Positions 40,555 to 48,791 of a DNA stretch of 64,000 bases are shown here, in pieces. The translations under genes were made by a program, and so were the position numbers. The stretch lies in NCBI GenBank assembly GCA_963761615.1, contig CAVXGU010000004.1, positions 223,537 through 287,536 on the forward strand, written 5' to 3'. Below the pieces are notes generated by a model that had not been told where the DNA came from, did no database searches, and saw only the letters and a list, made by a program, of their open reading frames with translations. Numbering within the stretch: position 1 is the stretch's first letter; every line of letters starts with the position of its first letter. Source of the DNA: an uncultured Acidobacteriota bacterium (GTDB taxonomy: Bacteria > Acidobacteriota > Vicinamibacteria > Vicinamibacterales > CAVVIG01).

Positions 40555-41910
40555 ATGCCGCGGAGGCTTTTGGTGCTCGCCGGGTCCGCGCTGTCGATCA
40601 CCCTGCTGGCTGGCAGCGGCTGCTCGAAGTCAGGGTCCTCCGGCGGCACGACGTCGCCGACGGCGCCGAGCTCGCCGACCACGTCGCTGACCGTCAACGG
40701 CGTCCACACGCTCACCGGCATCGGGCAGACGTATCAGCTCCAGACGAGCGACGCCTCCGGCAAGGACGTGACGTTCCTCGTGATGTATCAGTCTTCGAAT
40801 CCTGGCGTCGCGACCGTCGGCGCGGCCGGCACGACGGCGGGACTCGTGACGGCGGTCGCCAACGGCGTCACCCAGATCACGGCGAGCGAGGGCACGGTCT
40901 CGACCACGTTCTCGCTGACCGTCAGCGCGACCGCGGCGCCCTGGGTCGACGAAGGTCCTCGCTTCAGCAGCGCGGACTTCGGTGCGCCCGGAGACCAGTC
41001 GTTTGCCGATGGCGCCGCCATCCCCCTGCCGGGCGGCGGCCTCAGAATCATCTTCTCGCACGGGCTGCAGGCGTACCTGAGCGAGTCGTCTCCCGACGGC
41101 TTGGGCTTCACCCCGGACTCCGGAACGCGCCCGTTCGCGAATTCTCCCGACGGCCAGGCGAACGCACACCTGTCGCTGGTTCACGTGCTGCGACTCGACG
41201 ATGGCAGCGTAAGGCTGTTCGGATCGGCGCAGGGCGCGAACGCCGGCGAATACAGTGCCGTGAGTCAAGACGACGCGTTGACCTGGACCTATGACGACGG
41301 CGTGCGGCTTGCCGGCTCGGGATTCAGCGGCTTCAGCGTCGTTCGACAGGGAGGCCTCTATCGGGCGTACTTCGGAATGGGAGGCGGGACGGCCGGTCAG
41401 ATTTCCGGAGGGCCCGACGCGATCGTCAGCGCCACGTCATCCGACACCCTCAGCTGGACGATGGATGGCGGCGTCAGGATCGCGGCCGGTGCGAGCCCGG
41501 CCGGCGCGCCGGGCTCCCCGTACCATCCGTCGGCGATTCTCAACCCGGATGGGTCCGTCCTCCTGATGTACGTGCGCTTCCCGGACGGCGGGGCCGATCA
41601 CTCGACCTCGTACGGACTCTGGACGAGCACGTCGACCGACGGCCTCACGTTCTCCAACGAGACGTGGACGAACCTGCTCGGCTGCGCCGATCCCGAGCTC
41701 GTGCGAAGCGGCGGTACGCTCCGGGCGTACTACGACGGCTGCCCGAGCGGCACGTTCGGCAGCGCGCACCAGGGCGGCTCCGTTCCCTCCGCGGTCTTCA
41801 CGAGAACCAGCAGCGCACCCCCAGCCGTCCCACCCGCGCCGAGTCAGCCGACCGTGCCGCAGAGACCCGCGTCGGTGGTTCCGGCGTGGAAGGCGGTTCG
41901 GCAGCGGTAG
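40555..41910 (+). CDS. probable lipoprotein with a Big_2 Ig-like domain and a BNR/Asp-box beta-propeller region
   Basis: AAGGAG lies upstream of the ATG at 40555. Signal LLVLAGSALSITLLAGSGC. Big_2-like SSNPGVATVGAAGTTAGLVTAVANGVTQITA. Asp-box-like SQDDALTW, SSDTLSW and STDGLTF. Confidence 0.7.
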   Translation: MPRRLLVLAGSALSITLLAGSGCSKSGSSGGTTSPTAPSSPTTSLTVNGVHTLTGIGQTYQLQTSDASGKDVTFLVMYQSSNPGVATVGAAGTTAGLVTAVANGVTQITASEGTVSTTFSLTVSATAAPWVDEGPRFSSADFGAPGDQSFADGAAIPLPGGGLRIIFSHGLQAYLSESSPDGLGFTPDSGTRPFANSPDGQANAHLSLVHVLRLDDGSVRLFGSAQGANAGEYSAVSQDDALTWTYDDGVRLAGSGFSGFSVVRQGGLYRAYFGMGGGTAGQISGGPDAIVSATSSDTLSWTMDGGVRIAAGASPAGAPGSPYHPSAILNPDGSVLLMYVRFPDGGADHSTSYGLWTSTSTDGLTFSNETWTNLLGCADPELVRSGGTLRAYYDGCPSGTFGSAHQGGSVPSAVFTRTSSAPPAVPPAPSQPTVPQRPASVVPAWKAVRQR

Positions 41911-42044
41911 CTGGGGCGAGAACGACTCGACCAGGTCATTGTTCGGGGCTTGCCGGCTTGCTTGTGGCGCGTTTGCGACCGCGTCTCCGCGACTGTGGCG
42001 CTACAGCGTTTTCGAGATCGGTGTCGCCCCGAGATCGGTGTCGC

Positions 42045-42111
42045 GGCGGACCTTCAGGTCCGCCAATGCGAAGCCGACCTGAAGATCGGCCGCCACGGCG
42101 AAACGAAGACC
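42045..42111. repeat. REP-like elements: hairpin GGCGGACC-TTCA-GGTCCGCC followed by the 44-nt unit shared with 3041..3084
   Basis: The 8-bp perfect stem is at 42045..42064. The unit at 42068..42111 matches 3041..3084 in 41 of 44 positions. A 14-nt direct repeat gagatcggtgtcgc (42014..42027 and 42031..42044) precedes it. Confidence 0.8.
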
Positions 42112-42153
42112 GGTCTAGAATCCGCCTGATCGACGGCGACCAAGGAGGATGGC

Positions 42154-42465
42154 ATGCGAGTGATGGTCAAGTTCACGATCCCAACCGAAGGCGGCAACGA
42201 GGCACTGAAGGGCGGGCGCATCGGCAAACTGCTCCCGCAGCTCATGGAGGATCTGAAGCCCGAGGCTGCCTACTTCTATCCTCACGATGGGCTGCGCGCT
42301 GGTCACTTCATCATCAACATGAGCGACTCGTCCCAGATCGTGGAAGTGTCCGAACGAATCTGGTTCGCACTGCGCGGCAGCGTCGAACTGGTGCCGGTCA
42401 TGAGTGCCGAGGACATCCAGAAGGGCCTGCCGTCGGTCCCAGGGATCGTCGCGAAATACGCCTGA
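42154..42465 (+). CDS. conserved small hypothetical protein
   Basis: 103 aa. MRVMVKFTIP.E.GN......I.....Q.MEDLKPEAAYF resembles a recurrent small alpha/beta protein family. GGAGGA lies upstream. Confidence 0.6.
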   Translation: MRVMVKFTIPTEGGNEALKGGRIGKLLPQLMEDLKPEAAYFYPHDGLRAGHFIINMSDSSQIVEVSERIWFALRGSVELVPVMSAEDIQKGLPSVPGIVAKYA

Positions 42466-42573
42466 GCATGGATGTGACCTCGTCTGGTGACGCCGTCCCC
42501 CTGCGGATTGTGCTCCGCAGCGACGGGCTTGCCAAATGCGCCGACTTTTGGTGACAAATTTCTGATGCGACGT

Positions 42574-42588
42574 TGGCAAGCGATTTGC
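42574..42588 (+). promoter_or_regulatory. candidate sigma-54 (-24/-12) promoter TGGCAAGCGATTTGC
   Basis: Matches TGGCAC-N5-TTGC with one mismatch and correct GG/GC spacing. It lies 32 nt upstream of the ATG at 42620 and before the GGAAGGAG RBS. Confidence 0.35.
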
Positions 42589-42619
42589 CGGTAGCATGGG
42601 ACGAGGAAGGAGAGCCCCC

Positions 42620-43540
42620 ATGAACCCTTCGAAGATGCTCGTCGCAACTGCCGCACTGGCGCTCTGCGTCGGCGTCGCCCCGTCAGCGATGGCTCAGCAC
42701 CGCGACAGCGGACAACACCGCAGCGGCAGGGCCGTGACCCGGGGGCAGTCGCGCGACGCGGGCCCGCGAGCGGGCAGCGCCGCGGGGCCGCACCGTGATT
42801 CGACCGGTCGCGCGCCGGTCGCGCGAGGCGAGGCCGTACCGCGACGCGCCGAGCCGGGTGGCGTGGAGCGGGGATTCGCCACACGCGGCTTCGAGACGCG
42901 CGGCGTCCAGCGTGGGCCCGTCACGCGTGGGTTCGTGACGCGCGACTTCGCGAGGCGCGCCCCCGTGCGCGGCTACGTCGGCGTGGCCCCCACGCGCTTC
43001 GTCCGTCCGTACTACACGTTCCGGCCGCGCGTACGCCTGTCGTTCGGCCTGTGGGCCGGCTATCCGATCGCCTACTCGTACGCGTACTTCGATCCGTTCT
43101 ACGCGTACGACCCCTACTACTCTCCGTACGGCTACGCGAGCCCGTACTACGCCCCGTACGGCTATCCGTATCCGTACGACCCGTCGTACGCCCCGTACGG
43201 GTACGACGATCCGTCGGCGACCGCTCCGGCCTATCCACCACCGCCCGCGGCCTATCCCCCGAGCGGATCGACGTCACCCCAGGGTCCGATCCAGGTCCAG
43301 CCCGGGCAGTCCGACATGGGCGGCCTGAGCTTCGACATCGCACCGTCCACCGCGCAGGTCTTCGTGGACGGAAACGCGGTCGGCACGGTGGGCGAATTCA
43401 CGCCCAGCAGCCAGCCCCTCGGGCTGCCCGCCGGGCCGCACCACATCGAGCTCCGCGCGCCCGGCTATCAGACGATGAGCTTCGACGTGCAGATCGTGGC
43501 GGGTCAGGTGATCCCGTATCAGGGCGCGATGGAACGTTGA
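42620..43540 (+). CDS. secreted PEGA-domain protein with Arg-rich and Tyr/Pro-rich low-complexity regions
   Basis: Signal peptide MNPSKMLVATAALALCVGVAPSAMAQ. TRGF-type repeats, then PYGY-type repeats, then a C-terminal PEGA-like domain (LSFDIAPSTAQVFVDGNAVG...GPHHIELRAPGYQ). Confidence 0.75.
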   Translation: MNPSKMLVATAALALCVGVAPSAMAQHRDSGQHRSGRAVTRGQSRDAGPRAGSAAGPHRDSTGRAPVARGEAVPRRAEPGGVERGFATRGFETRGVQRGPVTRGFVTRDFARRAPVRGYVGVAPTRFVRPYYTFRPRVRLSFGLWAGYPIAYSYAYFDPFYAYDPYYSPYGYASPYYAPYGYPYPYDPSYAPYGYDDPSATAPAYPPPPAAYPPSGSTSPQGPIQVQPGQSDMGGLSFDIAPSTAQVFVDGNAVGTVGEFTPSSQPLGLPAGPHHIELRAPGYQTMSFDVQIVAGQVIPYQGAMER

Positions 43541-43617
43541 TCGAGCCCAGAGCCGAGAGCCCGAAGCCCGGAACCCACCTGGTCCCTGGCTTGCAGGACT
43601 CAACCGCGGAGGAACCA

Positions 43618-44319
43618 ATGAGCAACCGACTGATGTCCGGCGCACGCCGTGCCACGGCAATTGGCGCCATTCTGACGATTGCCGTGTTCTGCCTGGCGCA
43701 GAGCGCCCCCGCGCAGGACTGGCGCGACATGGACTGGTCGGGCAATACTTCCCGACTGTCCAGAATCGACCCGGGCTCGTATGTGACGGTTCGCGTCACG
43801 AACCCGATCGAGGTCAACCGCGTCGGGGGCCGCGTCTACGCGGGTGTCGTGGAGAACGACGTGTGGGACGACTACCGGCGGCTGTCGGTCCCGGCGATTC
43901 CACGCGGTTCCCGGGTGGATCTCGTCGTCAGGACCGCCCGGGACGGCGACCTGATTCTCGATCTCGATTCCATCTACGCGCACGGTGTGCGCTACATCGT
44001 GGCCGCCACGCCCGAGCGCGTCGAAGCGCCGCGCGATCGTGACCACGGCGGCGACGTGGCGGCGGCCGCCGGCAGCGGTGCGGTGATTGGCACCATCGTC
44101 GGCGCGATTGCCGGCGGCGGCAAGGGTGCCGCCATTGGCGCCGCGGCGGGAGCGGCGACGGGTCTCGCCCTCGCCGCGAACGGCCGCGAGATCCACGTTC
44201 CTCGTGGATCGGTGCTCACGTTCAGGCTCGAGCGTCCGCTCGTCATCAGGGCGCCCGCCGGGCGCCCCGGTCGCGACGACCGGGGCGATCGCCGCGACGA
44301 TCGGCGGGATCACCGCTAG
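43618..44319 (+). CDS. secreted hypothetical protein with a glycine-zipper segment
   Basis: GGAGGA lies upstream of the ATG at 43618. Has a signal peptide, a Gly/Ala zipper (GSGAVIGTIVGAIAGGGKGAAIGAAAGAATGLALAANG) and an Arg/Asp-rich tail. Confidence 0.6.
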   Translation: MSNRLMSGARRATAIGAILTIAVFCLAQSAPAQDWRDMDWSGNTSRLSRIDPGSYVTVRVTNPIEVNRVGGRVYAGVVENDVWDDYRRLSVPAIPRGSRVDLVVRTARDGDLILDLDSIYAHGVRYIVAATPERVEAPRDRDHGGDVAAAAGSGAVIGTIVGAIAGGGKGAAIGAAAGAATGLALAANGREIHVPRGSVLTFRLERPLVIRAPAGRPGRDDRGDRRDDRRDHR

Positions 44320-44337
44320 CGTCTTCCCGCCTTCGCG

Positions 44338-44805
44338 TCACGCGGTCCAGGCGTTGACCGCGAAGTGGCGCTCGAGACGCTCGCCCACATCGTCGACCGC
44401 CAGGGCGGGCGTGCCGAAATCCAGTGGGGGCGGCTCCGGCTCACGAGCCGGGGCCGCCCGATCGATGAAGTCCAGCGGCGTCTCGAACGCGATCGCGAGG
44501 CGGTACTGGACCGATCGCTCGTCGAACCGCGCGACCTCCGATCGCACCACCCGCCCGTTCACGCGCCGCGCGCCCTCCTCGCGCTGAATCTCGAGCTGTC
44601 CGGCCACACGCGGGAACAGTCGCCGCTCGCACTCGATGAGGACGCCGACGGCCGATACGTTCAGCACCTTCACGGGTTCCGAGGCCACCGTCACGCCCGT
44701 GATGACGGGCAGATCCGACAGCGTCCGTCGGGGGGATCGCCGGCGATCCGGCGCGTTGCCCGACTCAGGATCGGTGGTCACGGCCGCAGGTTCTGTCGTC
44801 CCCAT
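44338..44805 (-). CDS. PilZ domain protein
   Basis: 155 aa with an RxxxR-type motif (RRRSPRR) and NVSAVG (D/NxSxxG). ATG verified at 44803..44805. Confidence 0.75.
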   Translation of the reverse strand: MGTTEPAAVTTDPESGNAPDRRRSPRRTLSDLPVITGVTVASEPVKVLNVSAVGVLIECERRLFPRVAGQLEIQREEGARRVNGRVVRSEVARFDERSVQYRLAIAFETPLDFIDRAAPAREPEPPPLDFGTPALAVDDVGERLERHFAVNAWTA

Positions 44806-45563
44806 CAGGCGCCAGCCGACGCCGCGCCGGTGGCCGTTCGGGGGACGTCGTCCTGCCCGGCGGCGGGATCCGACGAGCCGGGCGCGACGAGGCGCAGAGC
44901 CCGGGACCTGTCGAGCAGCGCCTGCGCCTGCTCCTGCGTGTCCTTGGCGCCGCGCAGGATCCCGGCGAGGGCTGCGCGCCATTCGTCCCGCTCCTCGAGC
45001 AGCTGCGCGACGCGCGCCTGTTCGGCCGCCAGCGAGACCTCGGCGGCATGCAGGGCGCCTTTCAACCGATCGTGCTGGATGGCGAGCTTTCCGTAGCGCG
45101 ATCGCCACTCCTCGCCGGCGGCGGCCAGCCGGCCGCGGTCGCTCACGTCCGCGCTCGCCGTCAGAAGGAGGGGCGTGCCGTCGGCGCGAGGGATCGGCAC
45201 CGCGCGCATTTCGAGACGGCGCGTGCTTCCATCGGGACAGACGGCGTCGTACTCGAGCGCTCCCGCTTCGCCTCGGGCCACGCCTTCGACGAACGCGGCA
45301 AACTGCTCGCGGCCTTCCTCGGAGATCACGCTGTCGGCGGACCGGCCCACGATGGCGATCGGGTCTTCCAGTCCGAGCAGCGACAGCCATGCGCGATTCG
45401 CCGCCACGACCGGTCCCGATGGATCCATCAGCATGAGGCCGGCCGGCGCCGACTCGATGATCAGACGCAACCGGCGCTCCGCCGCCTCGGGGGCGGGCCG
45501 TACAGCATCGGACTTCAACGGGGGAGACGGCGCGACCAATCGTGGGGGAAGGATCGATTCCAT
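44805..45563 (-). CDS. PAS-domain / coiled-coil protein without an output domain
   Basis: 252 aa. PAS-like region LRLIIESAPAGLMLMDPSGPVVAANRAWLSLLG, then a helical region. Its stop overlaps the PilZ start by 1 nt. Confidence 0.7.
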   Translation of the reverse strand: MESILPPRLVAPSPPLKSDAVRPAPEAAERRLRLIIESAPAGLMLMDPSGPVVAANRAWLSLLGLEDPIAIVGRSADSVISEEGREQFAAFVEGVARGEAGALEYDAVCPDGSTRRLEMRAVPIPRADGTPLLLTASADVSDRGRLAAAGEEWRSRYGKLAIQHDRLKGALHAAEVSLAAEQARVAQLLEERDEWRAALAGILRGAKDTQEQAQALLDRSRALRLVAPGSSDPAAGQDDVPRTATGAASAGA

Positions 45564-45736
45564 CCGGGGCCTCGAGCCAGGTTTGGGGCGCGGTGCTGCA
45601 AACCGGCCGCCATCGGACGAGGTCACGGAATATGCGAAAAACGGCGAGCCGCCTCCGCGATCCGGCGCGCACGCGTGCCCGATAATGGAACACGGCTGAC
45701 GGTTTTTTCGACCGCCGCTCGGAGTCGGGGCGCCTC

Positions 45737-46381
45737 TCAGGAAACGATCGCCGCGGTCTCGCGGCTCACGTCCGGGTGCCACTCGTGGCCGCCGTCGAAC
45801 GTCAGGGTCCGGACCGCGACACCCGCCGCACGCAGTCGCGTCTGGTCGGCGGCCCACTGGTCGGACGTGTACAGCACATCGTGCCCGCCGCGGGCCACGA
45901 GCACCGTCGGCAGCCGGCGCAGCGTGTCGGCCGACAGCTCCGGAGGCACGTCGCCGCCGACCGCGACGACGCCGAGCACGGTGCGGGTCGCCGCGCACGC
46001 CGCGCGAAACGCCATCGCGACACCCTGCGAGAACCCGGTGTAGAGAACGGGCAGGTCCACCTGCGCGTCTCGGGCGACTTCGTCGATGACGGCCTCCACG
46101 TAGCCGACGTTGTCCCGAATCGCCAACTCGCGATCCTGACGCGTCATCCAGCTCGCCACGACGTCGGCGGGACGTCCCCGGTAGAAAGGGTGCAGCGCCT
46201 GGATCGAGACGAGGGCCCAGCGGTCCGCGCCAGGAATGCCGCGCAGCCGCTCCATCTGGATCTCGGCCGTCTCGGCATAGCCGTGGCATCCGGCGATCAC
46301 GCCGGCTGGCATGGCGTGCGTGGGCATTTCGATCAGATATCGACCGTGAACGGATGCGGCGATCGTGCGGGCGATGGCCAT
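45737..46381 (-). CDS. alpha/beta hydrolase (phospholipase/carboxylesterase-like)
   Basis: 214 aa with nucleophile elbow GFSQG. ATG verified at 46379..46381. Confidence 0.75.
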   Translation of the reverse strand: MAIARTIAASVHGRYLIEMPTHAMPAGVIAGCHGYAETAEIQMERLRGIPGADRWALVSIQALHPFYRGRPADVVASWMTRQDRELAIRDNVGYVEAVIDEVARDAQVDLPVLYTGFSQGVAMAFRAACAATRTVLGVVAVGGDVPPELSADTLRRLPTVLVARGGHDVLYTSDQWAADQTRLRAAGVAVRTLTFDGGHEWHPDVSRETAAIVS

Positions 46382-46570
46382 GACTCTCCACGATACGGCC
46401 GGCCTCGTGCGTTTGGCCACGGGAAATGACGTGGATGAGCAGGAGTCGCCGGCCGGTGGGAAACGTTGTGCGGGGAGCGCGAGGAGCGCCGGCGCGCGGC
46501 GGCGGTCGGCCGTCCGTACGCCAACGCGTGTAAGCTGTTGCAGACACACTCTTCAGGGGGAGGGCCTGCA

Positions 46571-46903
46571 ATGGGACTCTTGGATGGCATGCTGGGCGGA
46601 CTCGTCGGCGGCGAGATGGCCACGCTCGTCAATCAGTTCGTCGCGCAGAACGGCGGGGTCAGCGGAATCGTGTCGAAGTTCGAGAAGGCCGGCCTCGCGT
46701 CGACCGTGCAGTCCTGGGTCGGGACAGGTGCGAACGCCCCGGTGTCGGGCGATCAGATCCAGCAGGCGCTGGGCAGCGATCTGATGCAGCAGCTGACCGC
46801 GAAGACGGGTTTGTCGTCCGACGTCCTGGCGCAGAAGCTGGCGCAGTTCCTTCCGGAGGTCGTCGACAAGCTGACGCCCGGCGGCGTCGTCCCGAAGAGC
46901 TGA
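46571..46903 (+). CDS. YidB (DUF937) family protein
   Basis: 110 aa. MGLLDGMLGGLVGG...SWVGTG.N.PVSGDQIQQALG...QQL...TGLS...L...L...LP..VDKLTP.G matches the YidB pattern closely. Confidence 0.8.
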   Translation: MGLLDGMLGGLVGGEMATLVNQFVAQNGGVSGIVSKFEKAGLASTVQSWVGTGANAPVSGDQIQQALGSDLMQQLTAKTGLSSDVLAQKLAQFLPEVVDKLTPGGVVPKS

Positions 46904-46918
46904 GCGGACCACCGCGCG

Positions 46919-48133
46919 TCAGGCCGCGGCGGACGCGTGGTCGCGGACGGGCGCCGGTGATCGCCCGATCGCCGCGTAGAGCGCGTCCCTGAGCGCGACG
47001 TCGCGAGGGTCTCCGGTGAGCCGCGTGCCCATCTGGCTCGTCACATAGGCGTATCCGACGCCGGCCTCGGGATCCGCGAAGCCCAGCGATCCGCCGGCCC
47101 CGGGCGCGCCGTAAGCGCGCACGCTGCCGAAGGGCCATTCCGCCGTCGACTTCATGAAGCCCAGCGAGAACTGGACGTCGTTGCTCTTCAGGCACTCGTC
47201 GTGGAAGCCGCGCACGGGGGGAGTGGCGGGAGCCTCGAGCAGATCCAGCGTCGCCCGGCGCAGCCCGAGTTCCCGTCCGCCCGTGGCGAACGTGCTGTAG
47301 GCGCGCGCGATGGCGCGCGCGGTGCCGACGCCGCTGCCCGAGGGCACCTCCACATCGCGCACGTAGACGCGACGCTCGTCGTGAGGCAGCATGGAGCCCC
47401 GCAATGCGCGCGCGACCTTCAATCGCGGATTCATCGCCGCGAGCATGAATCGAAGCCCGAAACCGTGCAGCATGTCGGCGAACGTCGGCCGGGCGATGGT
47501 TGCCAGCCGCGAGTCCGGGACCGACTCGGGCAGGCGGATGTACACGTCCAGCCCCAGCGGCGAGGCGATCTCGTCCTGGAAGACGCGTCCGAGGCTGCGA
47601 TGCTGCGGGTCGATGCGGCGCAGGATTTCTCCCTCGTAGAACCCCAGCGTGATCGCGTGATACCCCTGGCGCGTGCCGGGTTCCCAGGCAGGCTGCTGGC
47701 GGGCGAGCACGACGGCCAGCCGATTGGGATCCGAGACGAGGCCGAGATCGACGGGGACGTCGAGCGCATAGAGTCCGGCCTGGTGCGCGAGCAGCTGCCG
47801 GACGGTGATGCCGGCCTTGCCCCGCTGCGCGAATTCCGGCCAGTAGTCGGCCACGCGTGCTTCGTAGTCGAGCCATCCCCGCGAATGCGCCAGGGCCATC
47901 GTCATGGCGGCGAGGCCCTTGGTCGTCGAGTACACGATCACCATCGTGTCGCGCTCCCAGGGCTCGCCGGTCGCCTTGTTCCTGATGCCGCCCCAGAGAT
48001 CGACGACCGGCTCGCCGTGCAGATAGACGCAGCACGCGCCGCCGAGCTCGCCGCGCCCGGCGAAGTTCTTCTCGAATGCGGCACGCACGGACTCGAAGCC
48101 CTGCTTCACGCGTCCTTCGACCTTGACGGACAT
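46919..48133 (-). CDS. serine hydrolase (class C beta-lactamase/esterase family)
   Basis: 404 aa starting at MSVKVEG with an SxxK motif (YSTTKG). ATG verified at 48131..48133. Confidence 0.85.
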   Translation of the reverse strand: MSVKVEGRVKQGFESVRAAFEKNFAGRGELGGACCVYLHGEPVVDLWGGIRNKATGEPWERDTMVIVYSTTKGLAAMTMALAHSRGWLDYEARVADYWPEFAQRGKAGITVRQLLAHQAGLYALDVPVDLGLVSDPNRLAVVLARQQPAWEPGTRQGYHAITLGFYEGEILRRIDPQHRSLGRVFQDEIASPLGLDVYIRLPESVPDSRLATIARPTFADMLHGFGLRFMLAAMNPRLKVARALRGSMLPHDERRVYVRDVEVPSGSGVGTARAIARAYSTFATGGRELGLRRATLDLLEAPATPPVRGFHDECLKSNDVQFSLGFMKSTAEWPFGSVRAYGAPGAGGSLGFADPEAGVGYAYVTSQMGTRLTGDPRDVALRDALYAAIGRSPAPVRDHASAAA

Positions 48134-48381
48134 CTGGCAACCTCCAGGTGGCGCGACATGCCGGTCCTGACCTCCGCAAAGGTCGTGCCTGGACGCCGAC
48201 CATGCCTGTCGACGCGATCGCGATGCATCGATGAACCACCGCCGGGAGCCCGGCGGCGGCTCACTCCCCGGCAAGTGGGAAAAGACCGTGACGGGGAAGA
48301 CCCTGGCAGAGGGCGCGGCGTCACAAGGATTGCCGGCACGTCGCGAGACCGTCCGGCTGCATCCGATAAAGGGGGTCGCGC

Positions 48382-48633
48382 ATGGGGAAGCTGTTCGTGA
48401 TGTGGGTGCTGTCGCTCGCGCTGGTCGGAGCCCTGGCCGCCGCCGCGACCGCTCAGGTGACGGCGCCGGCGCCGGCGCAGCCGCATGTTCTCAGCGGAAA
48501 CGACATCGGCTTCAGGGTGGACGGCACCAATCGGCTCTCGGGCCGCCCGACGGGCCGGATCGTCGTCAGGCTGAACGGCCAGTGGGTCGAGCCTGCCGCC
48601 CCGGTGAAGGCGCGTCCGGCGGCTGACAGATAG
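48382..48633 (+). CDS. small secreted hypothetical protein
   Basis: 83 aa with signal peptide MGKLFVMWVLSLALVGALAAAATAQ. AAGGGGG lies upstream. Confidence 0.5.
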   Translation: MGKLFVMWVLSLALVGALAAAATAQVTAPAPAQPHVLSGNDIGFRVDGTNRLSGRPTGRIVVRLNGQWVEPAAPVKARPAADR

Positions 48634-48791
48634 GCCGCGAACCGGCGAGAGGATCGCGCGCCGCGGACCGGTGAAAAACAGCTGATCGCGACCATCGGGG
48701 TCGCCGGCGCGGGCTTCCGGCGCGGCGCGCGGCGAAGGCCGACCCGGTCGTCCTCCTGCGCTCGGAGCAGCAGGGCGATCGCTGGAGGGCG

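Noticed and set aside
43051-43260. The Tyr/Pro-rich repeat region read as a DNA tandem repeat or CRISPR-like array.
   Set aside because: The periodicity is at the amino-acid level (PYGY-type) inside a continuous ORF with a signal peptide and a PEGA domain. The nucleotide units are degenerate and have no spacer-repeat structure.
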